DNA of 64,000 nucleotides. Origin: Eubacteriales bacterium (GTDB taxonomy: Bacteria > Bacillota > Clostridia > Oscillospirales > CAG-272). Below, piece after piece: positions 48,450-56,878 of the stretch. Below the pieces are notes generated by a model that worked only from the letters and a program-made list of their open reading frames with translations, was not told the DNA's origin and did no database searches. Within the stretch, counting starts at the first letter, position 1, and each line of letters begins with the position of its first letter. The DNA lies in assembly GCA_045531795.1 (NCBI GenBank), contig JAZSET010000073.1:202-64201 (forward strand), given 5' to 3'. A program made the position numbers and the translations under genes.

Positions 48450-50210
48450 ATGATAAAAATAAACAGATTTAATATTCTCAGTGTAAGAATGGAAGGTTTT
48501 AAAAAATTCAAGGATGCATACACAATGGATTTCGACAAACTTACTTGCATTTCGGGCAGTAACGGTGAGGGTAAAACCTCAATTGCCGATGCGATTGCCT
48601 TTGCTTTTTGCGGTACTCCTTTTTGGGGCGAAAAAAGCTGTGACAGGCTTCTTAATTCGGAAAGCAAAGAAATGTCCGTAAGTATTCAGATAGTCGATGA
48701 AAACGGCGAAGTACATACACTTTCACGCACCAAATACGGCAACAATACAACTATTATCTTTGATACACTTCAGGTACGACAAACAGATCTTACCACAATG
48801 TTTGCAGAAAAGGATGTGTTCCTTTCTCTCATCAATCCCATATATTTCATTGAAAAGATTGCAGAGGACGGCAGAGAGTTTCTTCAAAAGCTCGTTCCGC
48901 AGCCCGACCAAAGTGAAATACTTGCACAGATGAGTGAAAGCACAAGGGCACTTCTTGAAAGCGAGAGCTTGCTCGATCCCGAATACTTTATTAAGAAACG
49001 CCGAGAAGAACTCAAGGCACTTGAAGATGCGGACGCATACCTTGCAGGTCAAAAAGATTTGCTTAAGGCTCAGTTTGATGATACTTCTTCTAAGATGGAC
49101 GATGTTCTGAAAAAAGGCGATGAGATAGTAAGGAAAAAGCAATCACTTGAAGAAAAACAGTTTGCCGGCATTGATGTGGAAAAACTGAGAGCAAGGCAGG
49201 CTGCCATTGCAGAAAGTCTTTCGGGGGAAGTGCGTACACGCCTTGCCGCAAAGCAGGCTGAAGCACAAAACAGACAGTACATTTCCAAATTCACACCTGA
49301 AATTGCAGAAATTGAAGCAGAAATTCGTGCTCTATCCGAAAGGTGTAATCGCCTTGTAACACAAATGAAAGGTATAAAGGTTGGCGATACTTGTCCCACC
49401 TGCCATACCACTGTTACTGAGGCAAATTATAAAAGCATTATTGCCGGAATGAAAGCGGACTATGACAAGGCTTGTTCGGACGGTAAAGCAGCCATTGCCG
49501 CAAGAGCAGAACTCTTGGCACTCGATAAGAAGAGTAAAGAAAAGTTTGAGGAATTTCGTCAGGCTGATCTTAAAAGAGTGGAAGCAGAACGCTCTGAGCT
49601 TGGCACTGCCGATGTATCCGAAATCGCACTTATTGAGGATAAGCTCAAATTCGGAAATCTTACACCGGAGGAATACGACGAACTTTGTGCTCTTACAACT
49701 CAGGCAGAAAGTTATCTTAAGGAAGTTGAGGTATTATGTGCCGCAAACGATATTCCCGGTAAAATCGAGAAAATCGACAGCGACCTTGCTCAGAATAAGA
49801 CAAAGAAAATAGATCTTCTGAGTCTCATTCATGCAGTAACCGAGTATATGGCAAAGAGAGCAGAGATAACACTTCAAAGTCTTCAGATGAACAGAGCATC
49901 CATTAAGCTTTTCGATGTAGTGAAAACTACGGGAGAACTTAAAAATGTGTTCCGTTTTACCTATGACGGCAAGGATTACCGATGGCTTTCTACATCAGAG
50001 CGAATAAAGGCAGGTCTTGAAGTGTCTGCACTTCTCGAAAGACTTACAGGGCTTATATATCCCAAGTACATAGACAATGCAGAGTGTATCACCACAAAGC
50101 TTGACCGCATTAACGGACAGGCAATTTTGGCATATGCGAGAAAGACACCTCTTGTGGCTACATATCCGTTAAGACAAGTGGCAGCTCAGAGAGAGGCGGT
50201 CGCAGCATGA
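48450..50210 (+). CDS. Rad50/SbcC-like SMC-type ATPase with CxxC hook
   Basis: Walker A 'ISGSNGEGKTS', a long coiled coil, a central 'CPTCH', a C-terminal 'LSTSERIKAGL' signature-like motif and 'YIDNAE'. Confidence 0.65.
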   Translation: MIKINRFNILSVRMEGFKKFKDAYTMDFDKLTCISGSNGEGKTSIADAIAFAFCGTPFWGEKSCDRLLNSESKEMSVSIQIVDENGEVHTLSRTKYGNNTTIIFDTLQVRQTDLTTMFAEKDVFLSLINPIYFIEKIAEDGREFLQKLVPQPDQSEILAQMSESTRALLESESLLDPEYFIKKRREELKALEDADAYLAGQKDLLKAQFDDTSSKMDDVLKKGDEIVRKKQSLEEKQFAGIDVEKLRARQAAIAESLSGEVRTRLAAKQAEAQNRQYISKFTPEIAEIEAEIRALSERCNRLVTQMKGIKVGDTCPTCHTTVTEANYKSIIAGMKADYDKACSDGKAAIAARAELLALDKKSKEKFEEFRQADLKRVEAERSELGTADVSEIALIEDKLKFGNLTPEEYDELCALTTQAESYLKEVEVLCAANDIPGKIEKIDSDLAQNKTKKIDLLSLIHAVTEYMAKRAEITLQSLQMNRASIKLFDVVKTTGELKNVFRFTYDGKDYRWLSTSERIKAGLEVSALLERLTGLIYPKYIDNAECITTKLDRINGQAILAYARKTPLVATYPLRQVAAQREAVAA

Positions 50211-51295
50211 CAAGCTTTGTATATGATACTTTCGATATTGTGGATGTTGCCGCACGCCTTGGTATCAAATTCCACCCTACACAAAGTAATAATGTGGAGT
50301 ATAAGGCTTTATGTCCCTTTTGCTCGGATACTAAATATCATTTGGGAATTAACAGAAGTAAAGAAAAGTTCAACTGCTTTAAGTGCGGAGAACACGGTAA
50401 CAGCGTTACTCTGTATGCAAAGATAAATGGCATCTCAAACAAGGAAGCACACAGGCTTCTTAAACTTGAAGAAGAGAGGTCGGAATTTAAGCCGATATAT
50501 TTTCCGCCTGTGGAGTCCGAAGCACCAATTCGTCCGATTGAGGACCGACATAAAGTGTACTATGATTTTCTGAATCTTCTTCGATTAAACAGAGGGCATA
50601 TGCTTAATCTGCAAAATCGAGGGCTTGACTTTTCGGATATCTACACCTTTATGTATAAGAGTGTACCGACAGATAATGTGTCAAGACGCGAAGTGCTTGA
50701 AGCACTCTCGGCAAAACACGATCTGACAGGCATTCCGGGCTTTTGGTATGACGAAAAGGGTACGGCTCATATGTACTACAATAAACTTGGCGGTATTTTC
50801 ATTCCCGTTTGCAATAAGGAAGGGTATATACAAGGTCTTCAAATGAGACTTGATGTTTCCGAATATTCAAGCGAAAAGAAATTCCGCTGGTTTTCAAGCC
50901 GACACTTTGACGGCGGTACAGGTGCAAAGCCGTGGATTCATGTTGTAGGAGATACTTCATCAAAAGAGATTTGTCTTACTGAGGGAGCGATGAAGGCAGA
51001 TATTGCAAGTGTACTTTCAAATGGCAGACTTTTTGCTGCCGTTCCGGGAGTTAATGCAATCGCCTTTCTTCCCGAAGTTTTGAGCGAACTTGGCATAACA
51101 AAGGTGTATGAAGCTTTTGATATGGACAAACGCTCAAAGCCCGAAGTAAAGCAGGCACTTATTGCTTTAAGAACGACTTTATTTCAAAACGGAATTGAAT
51201 GTGAGAGCTGTTCGTGGAATCCCTTGTATAAGGGTATCGACGATTATATGCTTGCAAGAACAAAACTGGCACAGAATATGCCCATTGCGGCATAG
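50207..51295 (+). CDS. DNA primase (CHC2 zinc finger + Toprim-like domain)
   Basis: 'CPFCSDTKYHLGINRSKEKFNCFKCGEHG', then 'CLTEGAMKADI' and 'EAFDMDKR' (Toprim Glu and DxD). Confidence 0.75.
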   Translation: MTSFVYDTFDIVDVAARLGIKFHPTQSNNVEYKALCPFCSDTKYHLGINRSKEKFNCFKCGEHGNSVTLYAKINGISNKEAHRLLKLEEERSEFKPIYFPPVESEAPIRPIEDRHKVYYDFLNLLRLNRGHMLNLQNRGLDFSDIYTFMYKSVPTDNVSRREVLEALSAKHDLTGIPGFWYDEKGTAHMYYNKLGGIFIPVCNKEGYIQGLQMRLDVSEYSSEKKFRWFSSRHFDGGTGAKPWIHVVGDTSSKEICLTEGAMKADIASVLSNGRLFAAVPGVNAIAFLPEVLSELGITKVYEAFDMDKRSKPEVKQALIALRTTLFQNGIECESCSWNPLYKGIDDYMLARTKLAQNMPIAA

Positions 51296-51312
51296 TTGAA
51301 AGGAATAAAAAT

Positions 51313-52314
51313 ATGAGTAAATCAATGGAACAGTTTATGGTGGTAAATTCAGCTACAGGCGAAGAACAGGGTATTTTGGGTAAGTATATGTACTACTCTC
51401 TTCCCAAGCTCATTGTCAAAGCGGAAAAGGTAAAGGAAATCTGCGATCAGATTGGCTTTCCCTTTCTCTTAAAGGATAACATTCCGGTAAGCGATGCCTT
51501 CAGAAGTGCTACGGGAGATATACACGACAGAATTGAAGAATCCTTCGGGGACGAAATCAAGATATGTCGTATATATTGCCGTGATAACAAGAAGGTCGAT
51601 GCCGATGTTCTTTCCCGTGAGCTTGTAGAAGAAACTCTTTACGAGAGCACAAACACTTACCGCAAGCTTGCCAACATAACCCTTGACAAAAAGACGGGTT
51701 CTCTTGTTTTATCCGATGTGGATTATTCTTCAGACAGAAACATTCTCGGATATTTTGAACAGGCGGAAAGGCTTTTCAAGTTATACAAGGACTGTGTAGG
51801 CAACAGAAATATCGAAAATCTTGCAGAAAAGTATGTTTTCTCGATGCACGCAATAGGTATCGCCGCAAGAGGACATCACTACTTTGTCCCCAAAGCATAT
51901 ATGCACGAGATAGCTTTGCTTGAGGAATTTTTAGAGCTAATAGGCAAAGAAAACCTCTTTACTTATTCAAGCAATCGTGATGCTACATATATCAGTATCA
52001 ACTCGATGTATGTTATTGACGATGCAAAGCAGAGAGGAAAAATGTCAAATGAGTTCTACAAGGATATGGGACGCGAGATTGAGGAGTACCAAAAGCGTAT
52101 GATATCCCTCATTCAAAGCGGAAACAGCAGTCAGAGAATACTTGACCGCTGGGAAGCAAAAATATCCACCCTTGAGCAGAAAAAGCGTGAATATGAAACC
52201 ATACTCAAGCAGGATCTTTCCGGCGTAGATGAAGAATTTACAATGCTTCGTGATATGTGCAATCAGTTTAAGCTAACTGTACGCAGTTCACAAGTATTCG
52301 GCGCCGTAGCTTGA
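51313..52314 (+). CDS. Hypothetical protein (333 aa)
   Basis: ORF with an RBS. No motif recognised. Confidence 0.5.
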   Translation: MSKSMEQFMVVNSATGEEQGILGKYMYYSLPKLIVKAEKVKEICDQIGFPFLLKDNIPVSDAFRSATGDIHDRIEESFGDEIKICRIYCRDNKKVDADVLSRELVEETLYESTNTYRKLANITLDKKTGSLVLSDVDYSSDRNILGYFEQAERLFKLYKDCVGNRNIENLAEKYVFSMHAIGIAARGHHYFVPKAYMHEIALLEEFLELIGKENLFTYSSNRDATYISINSMYVIDDAKQRGKMSNEFYKDMGREIEEYQKRMISLIQSGNSSQRILDRWEAKISTLEQKKREYETILKQDLSGVDEEFTMLRDMCNQFKLTVRSSQVFGAVA

Positions 52315-52368
52315 AACCAAAACGGAGAGTGCAGGTAAAACTGCACTCTCTCTAAAATGGAGGTACAT

Positions 52369-52668
52369 ATGACAGGAAGTATGAGCATAGGCAAAATCAA
52401 ACCCGTTGGTAGAATTGATTATCTCGGTTCAAACGGCAAAATTGGTGAAAGGTTTTATTCTTTTAACGAAGAGGATTTCCTTAAGACCGTAAAAAACGAT
52501 AATTATTACGGAGTCCCTATGGTTATCAATGTTTACCGAGATGAAAACGGCAAAACTATTCCGCTTGATTTTTTGTTAAGCATTGATCCACCCGTACAGG
52601 GCTTCCACATTCTTGATTATGAAGGAGAATTTGAATATGGTAAAAATACAGAACTTATCGCAGCTTAA
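52369..52668 (+). CDS. Hypothetical protein (~99 aa)
   Basis: GGAGG lies 6 nt upstream of the ATG at 52369. Confidence 0.45.
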   Translation: MTGSMSIGKIKPVGRIDYLGSNGKIGERFYSFNEEDFLKTVKNDNYYGVPMVINVYRDENGKTIPLDFLLSIDPPVQGFHILDYEGEFEYGKNTELIAA

Positions 52669-52951
52669 AAAGGCATTACAAGTCGGCGCAGAATACACAA
52701 TGGTTGCTCACAAAAACAGACCTGACTGTGTTGGTCTTATCCGTGTTGTAAATGCCGTTCAAAGTAACTGTGTTTACTGTAAAATTAAGAACCAGCCTGT
52801 ACACCCGTATTCCAATATGAACGGCGGTCTCGGTATACGTATGGATTTTGAAAAGTCATCTCATTATGAGTTTGGCAATACCGTCAAATTCTATTTGAGT
52901 TCTGACAAATCCTCACCGTTTTACGAGTTTGTGGTTCTAAAGACAGCATAA
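52637..52951 (+). CDS. Hypothetical protein (~104 aa)
   Basis: 'gaaggag' RBS before the ATG at 52637. Overlaps the upstream gene by 32 nt. Confidence 0.45.
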   Translation: MVKIQNLSQLKKALQVGAEYTMVAHKNRPDCVGLIRVVNAVQSNCVYCKIKNQPVHPYSNMNGGLGIRMDFEKSSHYEFGNTVKFYLSSDKSSPFYEFVVLKTA

Positions 52952-52962
52952 AGGAGTTTTAT

Positions 52963-53202
52963 ATGGAAGTAAAAACCGAAACAGACAGCAATTGGAGAAC
53001 AACGGAAACAATAATTCTCAGCGACGAGGAAAAAGAAGCGATAAACGAAGCTCACGAAATAGTGGCTCAAAGATACAAGGATATGGGGCTTATTCAGAAA
53101 CCTTGGGAAAAAGACCACCTTGAATATCGTTTTCTTGGAATTCTTCGCTATGAAGGAATTGAAGCCATGTTGAACTTTGCGAGAACTGCAAGAATGAAAT
53201 AG
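52963..53202 (+). CDS. Hypothetical protein (79 aa)
   Basis: aaggag RBS. No motif recognised. Confidence 0.45.
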   Translation: MEVKTETDSNWRTTETIILSDEEKEAINEAHEIVAQRYKDMGLIQKPWEKDHLEYRFLGILRYEGIEAMLNFARTARMK

Positions 53203-53211
53203 GAGAAAAAT

Positions 53212-53739
53212 ATGGATAACAAAGAATATGTATGTTACTGCGTCGGCGACAAATACGATAAGGTCATGAAAGGCGACGGTGCGATTTTTGAAATGAATGA
53301 GGATAAGTGTTTTATCAATATTGGATTTACCGATATTTCAGAAGCAGAAATACAGGCAATCAGTCAGGGAAAGCTTAATATTTTCCTTAGTGTAATTGAA
53401 GGCGTTGTTTTTGTTTCGGCTTCATTTGATAATAAGCTTATTATGGATATGCCCTTTAACGCAGGGCTTTATCCCGATTTCAACATTAAAAATCCGGCAC
53501 CTTTCGGATATATTGTGCCGATAATTGCGGTTGATAACAGAACAAACATTATCAAGGCGATTCGTGTGGTAGGTTTTGATGCCGAGTTTAGTGCAAAGCT
53601 TTATGCTTTTGCAGAAAAACAATGGAGTGACAAGATTACCAACCACGATGAGCGAGTCGAGAGTGTTTATAAGCGTTATTCTCCAACCGACATTATTAAA
53701 CACGCAATTCTTAAAAACAAAGTGGAGGAAATACTGTGA
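53212..53739 (+). CDS. Hypothetical protein (175 aa)
   Basis: aggag RBS. No motif recognised. Confidence 0.45.
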   Translation: MDNKEYVCYCVGDKYDKVMKGDGAIFEMNEDKCFINIGFTDISEAEIQAISQGKLNIFLSVIEGVVFVSASFDNKLIMDMPFNAGLYPDFNIKNPAPFGYIVPIIAVDNRTNIIKAIRVVGFDAEFSAKLYAFAEKQWSDKITNHDERVESVYKRYSPTDIIKHAILKNKVEEIL

Positions 53740-54032
53740 AAAAAAGGAACAGAGTCTATCAGAGACTTGATAACGACTATCGCAAGTTTCGTAATGAAAT
53801 GCTTTCCAAAGATCCGGAAGAACTGTTCGACAGAGCCTATAAGGTTTTCTGCATAACGGAATTCTATTCGTATCTTACCGATTCATACGAACTTACGCCA
53901 CAGTCGGTATCATTCATTCTGAGTTTTAAGGGGAATGTTTTTGAGCAGCTTTACTATGAGTGGCTTAGAAGCGATTATACACACAGAGAGGTTTTTGAAG
54001 AAGTAATAGACAGTACCTTGTGTGCTGCCTAA
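53736..54032 (+). CDS. Hypothetical protein (98 aa)
   Basis: GTG start overlapping the upstream stop. This is the last gene before a strong terminator. Confidence 0.45.
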   Translation: MKKRNRVYQRLDNDYRKFRNEMLSKDPEELFDRAYKVFCITEFYSYLTDSYELTPQSVSFILSFKGNVFEQLYYEWLRSDYTHREVFEEVIDSTLCAA

Positions 54033-54104
54033 TTTGGAATACTTAAAATAATAGAAGAAGCATGGCAAAACTATGAAAACTCTTAAAATTCACATGTAAT
54101 AGCC

Positions 54105-54146
54105 AAAAAAGTGGGCGGTTCAATTCTGAATTGCCCACTTTTTTGT
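54105..54146 (+). terminator. Intrinsic terminator at the right edge of the element
   Basis: aaaaaagtgggc/gcccactttttt stem with a T-run. Confidence 0.8.
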
Positions 54147-54215
54147 GTATTATACGAACGTTGCGATAGTTTTTTTCTATTTTAAGCAAAATAAGAATTA
54201 AATAATTAGATATAT

Positions 54216-54244
54216 TTGCGGTTGTTAGAGCATTAACATATTAT
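54216..54244 (+). promoter_or_regulatory. Candidate sigma-A promoter
   Basis: TTGCGG (54216-21), 17-nt spacer, TATTAT (54239-44). Confidence 0.35.
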
Positions 54245-54432
54245 AAGTCTTATATGTGGACACAGATTTTTTAAGATAAGTAAGATTAGCATATTGAAGA
54301 GGAACATCTGAAATGTAACAGCTATCTAAAATACAACAAATATCCGAAGGTGCGAAATCCGCAGTATTGTGCTGCAATTAAAAAATAATACGCAGGTGAA
54401 AAGATAAGTTTAACTTATTGAATGGTCAAGAT

Positions 54433-54487
54433 AAGTCAGACAAGCCAATGTGAGAAAAGAGCGTTGGTTTGTCTGGCTTATTTTTTT
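54433..54487 (+). terminator. Strong intrinsic terminator with no upstream ORF
   Basis: 16-bp stem aagtcagacaagccaa/ttggtttgtctggctt with two G-U pairs, followed by T8. Confidence 0.75.
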
Positions 54488-54503
54488 GCAAAAAAAATTT
54501 TTT

Positions 54504-54530
54504 AACCATGACAGCAGTTGTCAGGTTTAA
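54504..54530. promoter_or_regulatory. 27-bp palindromic site, copy 1 (candidate operator)
   Basis: aaccatgacagcagttgtcaggtttaa, with imperfect inverted arms AACC(A)TGACA-N5-TGTCAGGTT. It is identical to 59865-59891 and lies 33 nt upstream of the HTH gene. Confidence 0.55.
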
Positions 54531-54563
54531 CAGATAAACTGTGTTCGGAAAGGAGGAATATAT

Positions 54564-54929
54564 ATGGGAACGGCTGAACGAAGGCACGAAATAATGCGAG
54601 TTTTATGTCGGAGAAGATACGAAACAATCAAAAATTTAGCGAATGAGTTCGGCGTTTCAGAAAGAACCCTTGCGCGAGATATTGAGATGCTAAGCCTAAC
54701 TGAACCTATTTATACAAAGCAAGGAAAACACTGCGGCGGCGTGTACGTGATGGATGGATTTTCCATGACACGAATGTATATGAAAGACACAGAACTTGCT
54801 GTACTTCAAAAGCTTTCAAACAGTGTTTATGATGATGCTGTTTGTCGGCTTGATACGGCTGAACGCTTAATACTTAAAAACATAATCTCGCAGTACACAA
54901 AACCTACAACAAAAAAAGGAGAATTGTAA
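54564..54929 (+). CDS. HTH transcriptional regulator (DeoR/HTH_11-like N-terminal domain)
   Basis: 'RRHEIMRVLCRRRYETIKNLANEFGVSERTLARDIEML'. aaggagg RBS upstream. Confidence 0.65.
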   Translation: MGTAERRHEIMRVLCRRRYETIKNLANEFGVSERTLARDIEMLSLTEPIYTKQGKHCGGVYVMDGFSMTRMYMKDTELAVLQKLSNSVYDDAVCRLDTAERLILKNIISQYTKPTTKKGEL

Positions 54930-55996
54930 TGAAAAAACAAGAAAAAGAACTATTCAAAGCCTTGTGTAGCTTTAAGTCTGAGGAATTTGATGAAAGTTTA
55001 CTTCAAGCTGCAACCCCCGTTGTTTTGGGACATTTATTTTTTAACCGTATGCAGGCGGTTGCTTACGGGGTGTTGAAAAAGCATAGCCTTTTGGGAAAGG
55101 TAAACCGAGAATTCAGAAACTCTCTTAAAGGAGCGTATGAGCAAAATCTTGAAAAGAACAGAAGTTTCTTTTGGTGTATTAGTCACGTGGAAGAAGTGCT
55201 TTCTAAATGCGGTGCTAAATATGCAATGCTGAAAGGTGCTTATCTGTGCAAGGCGTATCCCGAGGGCTTCCGCACCTCTAACGACATTGATTTGCTCGTA
55301 CACCCCAAGGATGTAACCGAAATCGGCAATGCATTGTTATCTGCCGGTTTTAAGCAAGGTAATATCCGTAACGGCAGTTTTATCCCTGGCACTCGAAAGG
55401 AAATCATTGAATCAAAAATGATGCGAGGAGAAACTGTTCCGTATATTAAGGAAATAGGCTTACCGGGAATGCAGTTTTTAGAGGTGGATATCAACTTTTC
55501 TCTCGACTATAAGCCCGGTGATACTGTACTTTTAGAGGATATGATTGAAAACACCTCTGTCAGAGAAATTGGCAATCTTAAGGTTCGTACCTTGAGAGAT
55601 TATGATTTCTTTGTACACCTTTGCAGTCATCTTTACAAGGAAGCCACAACACTTCCGTGGGTAGAAATGATGAGAGATATGACACTCTACAAATATGCGG
55701 ATATTTATATGCTGCTCAGTGATATGACCGAGATGAAAGTTGATGCATTGTTTGCGAGAGCAACGCAAACGAATACCGAAAAAATATGTGCTTTTACGGT
55801 AACTCAAATGTCGGAGCTTTTTAAATTCACAAATTCTTATGCAGTAGAAAAAGCCAATGAAATTTTAAAGAGCGAACCCGATTTTATCCATACTATTGTT
55901 TCTCCTAAGGATAAAAAGAAACTTGTTTTTACTGAAAAAAGTGTAGAAACAAGATTCTTTGCCGATAACCGAAAAAGTCTTTTAGAGGAGGTGTAA
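54929..55996 (+). CDS. Nucleotidyltransferase-fold protein (uncharacterised NTase family)
   Basis: 'FRTSNDIDLLVHPKD' is a pol-beta-type NTase motif and 'FLEVDINFS' lies downstream. The start overlaps the HTH gene stop. Confidence 0.55.
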   Translation: MKKQEKELFKALCSFKSEEFDESLLQAATPVVLGHLFFNRMQAVAYGVLKKHSLLGKVNREFRNSLKGAYEQNLEKNRSFFWCISHVEEVLSKCGAKYAMLKGAYLCKAYPEGFRTSNDIDLLVHPKDVTEIGNALLSAGFKQGNIRNGSFIPGTRKEIIESKMMRGETVPYIKEIGLPGMQFLEVDINFSLDYKPGDTVLLEDMIENTSVREIGNLKVRTLRDYDFFVHLCSHLYKEATTLPWVEMMRDMTLYKYADIYMLLSDMTEMKVDALFARATQTNTEKICAFTVTQMSELFKFTNSYAVEKANEILKSEPDFIHTIVSPKDKKKLVFTEKSVETRFFADNRKSLLEEV

Positions 55997-56000
55997 TATA

Positions 56001-56636
56001 ATGAAATCTTTAAATATGAGACCGAATGAAACAAACGGCTTTCTTTTTACCTTCTGCGGACTTGATGGGTGCGGAAAAACATCAAATTTGACAAAGCTTA
56101 AGGAAGAAATTGAAAAAGAATATCCTGTATTGCTTACTAAGCAGCCTACCAATGCAGTCCGTAATTCCGATATTTTCAGAACATATATGGATTGTCCTGA
56201 CCATTCTGCTTATGATTACCGCAGTTTATCATTGCTTGCGGCAAGCGACCGTTTGCAGCACGGAAGTAAGGTGATTGAGCCGGCGATGCGTGAAGGAAAA
56301 ATCGTTATCAGCGATAGATATTTTTATTCCTGCCTTGCTAACTTACATGCCAGAGGTTTTGAAAAAGACGAGTGGATTTATGAGATTGCCGAATCGATTG
56401 TAAGACCTGATGTTGCCTTTTTCTTTGATGTACCGGTTGAAATCGCAGTCCAGCGTGTTCGCAGTCGTCCCGAAGAAAAGGACCGATATATTGATATGGA
56501 ATTGCAGTATAAGCTCCATGATGAGTATATCGAAATATGTGAAGCAAATAACGGCGTGCTTGTTCCAACGGATGTTTCATTTGAGGAAAGCTACGCTATT
56601 GTAAAAAAAGAAGTAGAAAGGGTGATAAACAGATGA
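56001..56636 (+). CDS. Thymidylate-kinase-like nucleotide kinase
   Basis: P-loop 'FCGLDGCGKTS', 'ISDRYFYS' (DRY/S motif), and the lid region 'RVRSRPEEKDRY'. Confidence 0.65.
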   Translation: MKSLNMRPNETNGFLFTFCGLDGCGKTSNLTKLKEEIEKEYPVLLTKQPTNAVRNSDIFRTYMDCPDHSAYDYRSLSLLAASDRLQHGSKVIEPAMREGKIVISDRYFYSCLANLHARGFEKDEWIYEIAESIVRPDVAFFFDVPVEIAVQRVRSRPEEKDRYIDMELQYKLHDEYIEICEANNGVLVPTDVSFEESYAIVKKEVERVINR

Positions 56637-56878
56637 ATATTGAAAAAAAGGTAAAAAACATTTTATCTGAACTCAGCGGCGAAGAGGGAATTTCTAATGA
56701 AACAACTCTTCAAAACGATTTGGCTCTTGACAGTCTTTCGATGGTAACTCTACTTGTTGAAATCGAGGATGTTTTTGAAATTCAGCTTGACGAGGCGGAT
56801 ATGAACCCCTTTGATTTCGAGACTGTACAAAGCGTTATAGATATGGTTGCAAAATATGTAGGTGATGAATATGAATAA
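56633..56878 (+). CDS. Acyl/peptidyl carrier protein
   Basis: 81 aa. 'LALDSLSMVTLLVEIED' contains the DSL phosphopantetheine-attachment motif. Confidence 0.75.
   Translation: MNIEKKVKNILSELSGEEGISNETTLQNDLALDSLSMVTLLVEIEDVFEIQLDEADMNPFDFETVQSVIDMVAKYVGDEYE

Noticed and set aside
31549-54032. Prophage interpretation of the SSB/Rad52/primase/methyltransferase block
   Set aside because: There are no terminase, portal, capsid, tail, holin or endolysin candidates anywhere in the window. The block is co-oriented and contiguous with the T4SS and RepA_N genes, so a conjugative-element maintenance and establishment region fits better.
54273-54436. Three AAGATAAGT 9-mers as a defined protein-binding array
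   Set aside because: The region is very AT-rich and the spacing is irregular (128 and 27 nt). I note it inside the junction finding but do not call it a separate feature.
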